From assembly GCA_964291285.2 (NCBI GenBank), contig OZ219786.1:1152001-1216000 (forward strand): DNA of 64,000 bases. Reading direction: 5' to 3'. Of this stretch, positions 61,600-64,000 are shown one piece after another (position 1 is the stretch's first letter; each line of letters begins with the position of its first letter). Under the pieces are notes generated by a model. That model ran no database searches. It had not been told where the DNA came from and saw only the letters and a list, made by a program, of their open reading frames with translations. A program made the translations under genes and the position numbers. This stretch comes from Alphaproteobacteria bacterium. GTDB taxonomy: Bacteria > Pseudomonadota > Alphaproteobacteria > Bin95.

Positions 61600-61812
61600 A
61601 CCGGTTTCCGGCGTCCCGGTCCCCACCCCGTCCGGACCGTCGCAATCCTCTCCCGCGCGGCCGGCCGGGCGCCGCCGCCGGCCGTTCCCGGCGAACGCCG
61701 CCGTCCGGCCTGTCCGGCCGGAAGGTCGGGAAAGGGTTGTCGGGGCGATTGCTGCGGGGGGCGTCCGTGCGACCGGCTCCCGCGCCCGTCCCGCCAGCAG
61801 GAGACGTCGCCC

Positions 61813-63117
61813 ATGTCCGGCATGCCGGCTTCCGCTCATATCCATCCGCCCGCCGAAGCAGCGGGCTTCCATTGCTGCAGGGCCAGCTCCGGCAACGCCA
61901 CCGGGGCCGCGCCCGCCCGGCGGTCCAACGCCTCGCGCGCCCGGGACCGGCTTGCGGCGCGCGGCCTCTGTTTGAACTGTGGCAAGGTTTCCCCGCCCGA
62001 CGGGGCGAAATACTGCCCGGAATGCCAGGAGCGCCGCCGCGCCAGCGACCGCAAGGCCGCCCGCAAACGCCGCCTGCTTCGGAGCAACCGCGGCCTCTGT
62101 CAGGAATGCGGCGCCACGCCCGAAAAGCCCCGCCGGCGGCTCTGCGAGGCCTGCAACGAAAAACATCTCGCGCTCAGCCGCCGGCGCCTGCAGGAGCGCA
62201 AGGATGAACGGCGCCAGGCCGGCCTCTGCGTGCAGTGCGGGAACGGGGCGCCCGCTGAAGGCAATGCGTGCTGCGACGACTGCCTCGCCGCGCGCCGGCG
62301 GATATACCGCGCCCGGATCGACCGCCGCCGCCGGCAGGCCGACCGCTCGCTCTGCATCGAGTGCGGCGAGGCCCCGCCGGTTCCCGGCAGCCGCCGCTGC
62401 CCGGACTGCCGGCCGCTTCCCGCCGAACGGGACAAGCAGGCCGCCAGACGCCGCAGGGACGCCCGACGCGCCGTCGGATTGTGCCTCGATTGCGGCCGCC
62501 ACCCCGCCGCGCCCGGGCGCCTGGCCTGCGACGCCTGTCTTGCCGTCTCGCTGGACGGGTACAACCGCAGGGTGCTCGCCCGGGCCTCCCGGGGGCTCTG
62601 CATCCGCTGCGGCAAGGCTTCTCCCGCCGAGGGCTCGACAAGGTGCCGGCCCTGCCGGGACGAGCGCCGCACCACCGAGCGCGCGAGATGGCATCGCAGG
62701 ATCGCCGAGGCCCGCGCCCGGGGCGTTTGCATCCATTGCACGAAGCGGCCTCCCGACCCCGGGTTCGACTCATGCACGGAATGCCGCGAGGCGCGCCTCG
62801 CCACCGACCGCCGCCGCTACCATGCCGTGACCCGCGAGCGCCTGTCTGCCGGCCTCTGTCCGCGCTGCGGCGTCCGCGAGCCCGAACCCCTCATGCGGGA
62901 ATGCGGCCCCTGCCGCGACCGGCAGCGCAGCTACGCGTATCGCGGCATGCCCGACCTGCCGACGCAATACACCGTGATCGGGATCGCCGACGGCGCAGAC
63001 CACGGCACCTGGGAGACTCCGATGGAGGTCGCCGCCGCGCTGGCCTTCGCCAAGCTCACGCTCGACGACGTCGAGATCGTGACCGACGCCGGCCCGGCCG
63101 TCTTTGCCGGCCGCTGA
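61813..63117 (+). CDS. Tandem C4 zinc-finger-like repeat protein (8 units)
   Basis: 8x (R/A)GLCxxCG-x~11-CxxC followed by an Arg-rich helix; AGGAG RBS; acidic C-terminal domain. Confidence 0.75.
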   Translation: MSGMPASAHIHPPAEAAGFHCCRASSGNATGAAPARRSNASRARDRLAARGLCLNCGKVSPPDGAKYCPECQERRRASDRKAARKRRLLRSNRGLCQECGATPEKPRRRLCEACNEKHLALSRRRLQERKDERRQAGLCVQCGNGAPAEGNACCDDCLAARRRIYRARIDRRRRQADRSLCIECGEAPPVPGSRRCPDCRPLPAERDKQAARRRRDARRAVGLCLDCGRHPAAPGRLACDACLAVSLDGYNRRVLARASRGLCIRCGKASPAEGSTRCRPCRDERRTTERARWHRRIAEARARGVCIHCTKRPPDPGFDSCTECREARLATDRRRYHAVTRERLSAGLCPRCGVREPEPLMRECGPCRDRQRSYAYRGMPDLPTQYTVIGIADGADHGTWETPMEVAAALAFAKLTLDDVEIVTDAGPAVFAGR

Positions 63118-63250
63118 CGTCCGTTTCCCCTCTCCCGGCCCTGGCGGTATCGACGCCGGAAGAAGGTGGGGAAAGGGTTTTCGATGCGATCCCTGCGGGT
63201 GGCCGGGCGGCCGGCTCCCGCTCCCCTTCCTCCAACAGGAGATTATCGAC

Positions 63251-63565
63251 ATGCCCGCCACCAATGCGTCCGCCTTCCGCCCCGGTGCGAACAGCTTTCT
63301 GGTCCACGTGTTCGGACGCGGCCTGCAGGACGACCACTATGTGGTCGAGCGGTACCGCACCGGCATCGACGGTGACATCCGCCGGCTGCCGGGCGGCAAG
63401 GGCCGTCCGCTGACCCTGTCGCTGGAGACCGTCCGCGAGCTGCGCCCCGCGCGCAACGAGATCCTCATCTGCAAGGGCGAGAAGAGGGCCGACTCGGGGG
63501 TGCAATATTGGGGCAGTTCCGCAATCTGGGGCCATATGCTGGAGCGGAGCCGGTTCCCCCGCTGA
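63251..63565 (+). CDS. Hypothetical protein (104 aa)
   Basis: AGGAG RBS, GC3-biased codons, co-oriented with neighbours. Confidence 0.6.
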   Translation: MPATNASAFRPGANSFLVHVFGRGLQDDHYVVERYRTGIDGDIRRLPGGKGRPLTLSLETVRELRPARNEILICKGEKRADSGVQYWGSSAIWGHMLERSRFPR

Positions 63566-63782
63566 CGGCAATGGCAGGGACCCGGGTGCGGGCGGCATCG
63601 CTCCGTCCGCGCCCCCTTCGCCCCGCCCGCCGGGTGAGTTCCGCAACGTCCTTCGCCCGGCATCCCGATCCCCGCCTACCCTGTCCCGGCCTGCGCTGGC
63701 ATCGACGCCGCAAGGTCGGGAAAGGGCTTTTCGGGGTGAGTTGCAACGACTCGCAAACAACCTCTCGCAAGGAGAAATCATC

Positions 63783-64000
63783 ATGAACGGCCTCAATCGC
63801 GTCGACCTGATCGGCAATCTGGGCGCGGACCCCGAGTTCCGCAGCCTCCCCGGCGGCGGCGAAGTCGCCAATTTCAGCATCGCCACCAACGAAGGCTACC
63901 GCGATCGCCAGTCCGGCGAATACAGGCAGCAGACCGAGTGGCACCGGGTCACCGTCTTCCAGGAGGGCCTGGTGGCCATGCTGCGCAAGCACGCCGCCAA
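63783..64000 (+). CDS. ssb: Single-stranded DNA-binding protein (3' end outside window)
   Basis: MNGLNRVDLIGNLGADPE..VANFSIATNE..QTEWHRV; AAGGAG RBS; read manually (not in ORF track). Confidence 0.92.
   Translation, partial: MNGLNRVDLIGNLGADPEFRSLPGGGEVANFSIATNEGYRDRQSGEYRQQTEWHRVTVFQEGLVAMLRKHAA

Larger units (their letters stand above)
33217..64000. mobile_element. Putative integrative mobilizable element / genomic island (right end outside window)
   Basis: Two integrases, defence cargo, MOBF relaxase and ssb with no housekeeping genes; att sites were not identified. Confidence 0.65.

Noticed and set aside
56723-61645. 1640-aa minus-strand ORF (and similar long antisense ORFs such as 24632-27436, 14687-17227 and 33354-35711)
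   Set aside because: Shadow ORFs opposite real genes, expected at high GC; no motifs

Overview
GC-rich window from what looks like an alphaproteobacterium (taxon inferred from the protein families and GTTC-N7-GTTC-like boxes; the FN3-repeat adhesin and heavy IS load would fit a host-associated lifestyle). About 1-30.4 kb is chromosomal backbone: ubiD, tRNA-Leu/Asn/Cys, adenosine deaminase, amidase, upp, CoA-transferase, moeB, maeB, a Phd-VapC toxin-antitoxin pair and several hydrolases. Two genes there are broken by mobile DNA: a Na/Pi cotransporter (IS701 carrying a small passenger gene) and an 18x fibronectin-III adhesin (IS256 plus a 132-bp MITE). From about 33.2 kb to the window end is a putative integrative mobilizable element. 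It has two tandem tyrosine integrases, a decayed MmeI-like methyltransferase, an intact DUF4011-helicase-nuclease (Hhe-type) defence gene and a nested IS pile-up (IS1595 containing IS21, IS110, ISAs1, IS1380 inside an IS5/IS1182-like element, IS427-type IS5, and a fold-back IS630). It ends with a MOBF/TrwC relaxase-helicase, an 8x C4 zinc-finger array protein, a hypothetical gene and ssb, the last three each preceded by a shared upstream motif. The most unusual items are a four-gene IS21-type transposon (Zn-finger, istA, istB, DUF3991/TOPRIM-like) and the zinc-finger array/ssb module. All family calls come from motif recognition by eye; no database was searched.
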